From an uncultured Gammaproteobacteria bacterium (GTDB lineage Bacteria > Pseudomonadota > Gammaproteobacteria > SZUA-229): a stretch of DNA of 64,000 nucleotides. The DNA is taken from positions 121 through 64,120 of the forward strand of contig CAWKAL010000110.1 in assembly GCA_963847575.1 (NCBI GenBank). The letters run 5' to 3'. Position numbers and translations under genes: made by a program. This document shows positions 61,201 through 64,000 of the stretch, piece after piece. Position 1 is the stretch's first letter, and every line of letters begins with the position of its first letter. The notes under the pieces were generated by a model. It did no database searches and was not told the origin of the DNA. It saw only the letters and a list, made by a program, of their open reading frames with translations.

Positions 61201-64000
61201 CTGCGCGGCACCGACCGGGATATCGAGGGTTTCGTCGGCATTGCCCCGGCCCCAGATCAGCGGGCCGCCCGGCGCGCCGGCAGGGACTGGATCAAACAGG
61301 GGAATGGCAGCGCCGCCGATAGTCGCACTCGCCGAGCCTGCAACAAACTGCAAGGCCGCCGGCAGGGTGTCGACAATATTGGTATCAAACGCGGTGCTGG
61401 TGCCGTTGTTAGTCAGCGTGAGTACGTACTCGATGATGTCACCACCGTCTGGCGGATCTGTGGCGACTTTGCCCGGCGTGACATTACTCGCCACCTTGGT
61501 GCCGACCAGTAACGGTTCTTCCACATCAACCTGCGGTGCGGCCACCGGCCCCGAAGTCGCCGTGCCGCCGTATGTCACCATTGGTGAAATCCGCGGTCGC
61601 CGCGTTGAGCATGGCATCACCGGCATCGGTGCTGAGGTTGTTTTCGATGCGCGCGAAATAATTGATGCGAATCGTTGGTACAATGGGACCCGGCGTTGCA
61701 TCATTTTCGGTATTCGTCACCACATTTCCGATAGTCCACGTCACCACGCTACTGGCGTTGACAGTGGGTGCGGCAATGGCCGGTGCAGCTCCGTTGATGG
61801 TGTTAATGCCGGAGAAACTATAGGTGATATCGCCGGGATTATTCAGCAGCACATAGGCCGCGTTCTGTGGCAAGCCGGAAGCGGCGAACAGGTCATCGTT
61901 AATCACCAGGTTATTGGTGACACCTTCCGGAATGGAAATCACCAGTTCGAAATTCTTGACTTCACCTATGGTGGGTACGACCGCGGGATTTAAATCGTTC
62001 TTGGCAATGTCTACCGGCAGTACGCTCAGGTTGATATTGGTGAACGTGGCTTCGTAATCATTCAGCAGACTGCCGGCGTTGGGTATCGCACCGATGCGCA
62101 TGCCGGTGGCGGTGCCGTCAGCACCAATCGTACCGCCCGAATTCAATGCGGTGTTCGCATCGGGCAATGATGTCCAGTCTGCCTGTATGGTGTTATCCAG
62201 CACTTCGAGCGGCTGCACCAGCGAACTGGCCAGTATGTCAAAGGTAAATACAAAGCTGCCACCGCTGGCCGCAATTGGCGCCGGTGTAGCCATGCTGAAG
62301 ATCGGTTTGTTTGCGCCCAGCGTGGCTGTATCAACACTGACGTTCGCCGAGTTACTCAGCGCTACATAGCTCAGGTTGGCGACCGCATCCAGATCATCCA
62401 GCACGCGCAGGTTATACGCTGGCGAAGTACCGTTGTTGGTCGCAGTCACCGTCACCGTGATGACGTCATCGGCATCGGCATTCGCGACGGCGTAGGACTT
62501 GTCGAGCACGATCAAAGGTTCGCGCACGGTGATATCGGCGGGGCCAAGATTAATCACCACCGGGTTGCCGCCGGCATCGGTGTAACTCACCGTGACCTGG
62601 GTACTGCCTGCACCAACACCACCGTTGCGTATCATGGCGTTTTCGACGTTGGCTGCCGTGTTTTCGACGCGCGCAATAAATGTCGCGGTGAAATTGAATG
62701 TCGGGCCGGTGGTTAATTGCTGGTTGCCGAAATTCCATTCGACCAGGTTGTCGGTACAGGTCGGCAACGAATGGGCCCGGGCCCGGATCGGGCGGATTTC
62801 CATTCCACACGAAACCCGCAGCTGCATAATTGGTGGTGTCGCCCACTGAATTTGTATAGCTGCCATTGAGGTCAATGGTCTGCGCTTCGATACAGCGGAT
62901 GCCGGGCGGTAACTCGTCACGAATCACGAAATTATTCAGGTTCGATACCGGCATTTCCACCTGCAGCTGGTATTCGATTTCTTCGCCCACGACTACATCC
63001 TGCGGACCCACGAACGGCGCCGCACCGCCGAGTGCAGTATGTGACAGGTTGAGTACGCCTTTCGAATCCGGCGGTGCGACCAGCGCGGTAATTTCGATAG
63101 TGGCGGTTTGCGCCGTGGTGCTGTATTCGCGCGCGCCGCCGAAGGTACCGCTGGCTTCCAGCGGTACATTCTGGTTACCGGACTCACCCGGCAAGGTGTC
63201 ATAGCGGGTGGTCACCGAGTTGAGCAATTGCTGCCCCGGTGCGACTGCATCATCCGGGTTGGCGCGGTAATACAGGAATACCGTGGTGCCTGGATCGATC
63301 TTTTGCAGCGCGGTACTGTTGGCCGACAGAATCGTCACTGTGCCTGCGCCTGCTGCGCCACCGCCCGGGGTGTTGTCCGGCAGAATGGTTATGGTGGCTT
63401 CGTCAGCCTCATCAGCCACGCCATCGCCATCATTGTCGAGGCCGTCAGTTGCCAAATTGGCAAGCGTCAATAAATCGCTTGGATCCAGCACATCGGTAAT
63501 ATCAACATCGTAAGCCGGGGCACGCTGGAGTAACCACCGTCTGGTCGCTTCGTTGGTAATCCTGATGCGATAGACATAATCATCATTGGTATCGCCATCG
63601 TTCACCAGCGGCAGGAAGGTGGTACAGGCAGCACCAATGCCGTTGATGGTTTCATTACAGACATCCTTGATGACTGTCAGGCTGGGCTCGATGACACGTA
63701 CATTTCGCTGACGCAATCCCGGTGGCGGATAACCCGGCGTCGTCGGACCAAATGAAATCACCGTGCCACCAAAGTTGACATCAAAAGTGGCATTTAATGT
63801 ATCTACTCGATTTGCCCCGTGCATGTTGGTGACCGGACTATCCGTATCATTCAATGTGCGCTCAACCAGGTCGACGCTGAAAACTTCATCTGTAGAGAAT
63901 GGATCAAATGTCCAGGTAATATCAGTTTCAGCCAGCGGGGCCGGCGCTGCGGGTACTTTTGTTACATTAAGAATGCCCGCCGAGCTGTTGGTAGTATCAT
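55230..64000 (-). pseudogene. Giant repeat surface protein (DUF11-type conserved repeats, Cna-B/SdrD-B-like domains, TSP3-like Ca-binding motif), 5'-truncated by the window edge, frame broken about 3 times
   Basis: Four overlapping same-strand ORFs (55230..58523, 58417..61704, 61526..62920, 62550..63854) are present, and the last stays open to base 64000. Recurrent ~100-aa modules have G(D/E)T(L/I).Y.(I/L).(I/V).N.G and N.A signatures. Other elements are DGLDNDGDGVADEADE and VFDDKNLNGYQDEGEEGIP. Junctions lie near 58465 (A5 run), 61580 and 62780 (GGGCCCGGGCCC). Confidence 0.75.

Noticed and set aside
55230-64000. Adhesin frameshifts as programmed phase variation
   Set aside because: Similar single-base breaks occur in gatB, rhlB, ampD, ydbH and others in the same window, so a general sequence-quality explanation is more parsimonious. 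It cannot be fully excluded for the A5 and GGGCCC tracts.

Overview
This window reads as a mostly core-genome stretch of a moderate-GC gammaproteobacterium. All calls come from motif reading and family recall; no database search was run.

Gene order resembles Pseudomonas and Oceanospirillales:
- modA, rho, trxA, rhlB, purEK, tRNA-Met
- ychF-pth-rplY-prs-tRNA-Gln-ispE-lolB-TPR, divergent from hemA-prfA-prmC, then moeB
- gatCAB divergent from mreBCD
- rep, ampDE, amgK-murU, ydbH-ynbE-ydbL

Five things stand out against this background:
1. The last ~14 kb holds a giant repeat surface-protein gene (DUF11-type, Cna-B/SdrD-B-type and TSP3-like repeats). It is more than 8.7 kb long and still open at the window edge. 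It is tightly coupled to a ~1,715-aa protein with three OmpA-like domains and a long C-terminal beta-barrel-like region.
2. A signal-peptide protein carries about 165 residues of S-P-W/Y-G-G pentapeptide repeats. It is divergently paired with an MlaE/MlaF/MCE-type operon whose ATPase has degenerate catalytic motifs.
3. At least nine intergenic loci carry modular, nested palindromic repeats built from short tandem words.
4. Both tRNA genes are followed by tandem degenerate tRNA-derived units that keep the exact tRNA 3' end.
5. There are about ten frameshifts plus one in-frame TAG. Several fall in indispensable genes (gatB twice, prs), others in rhlB, ampD, amgK, ydbH and the adhesin. The indels look more like sequencing errors than biology, so every disrupted call is provisional.

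No CRISPR array, rRNA, transposase or integrase was seen.
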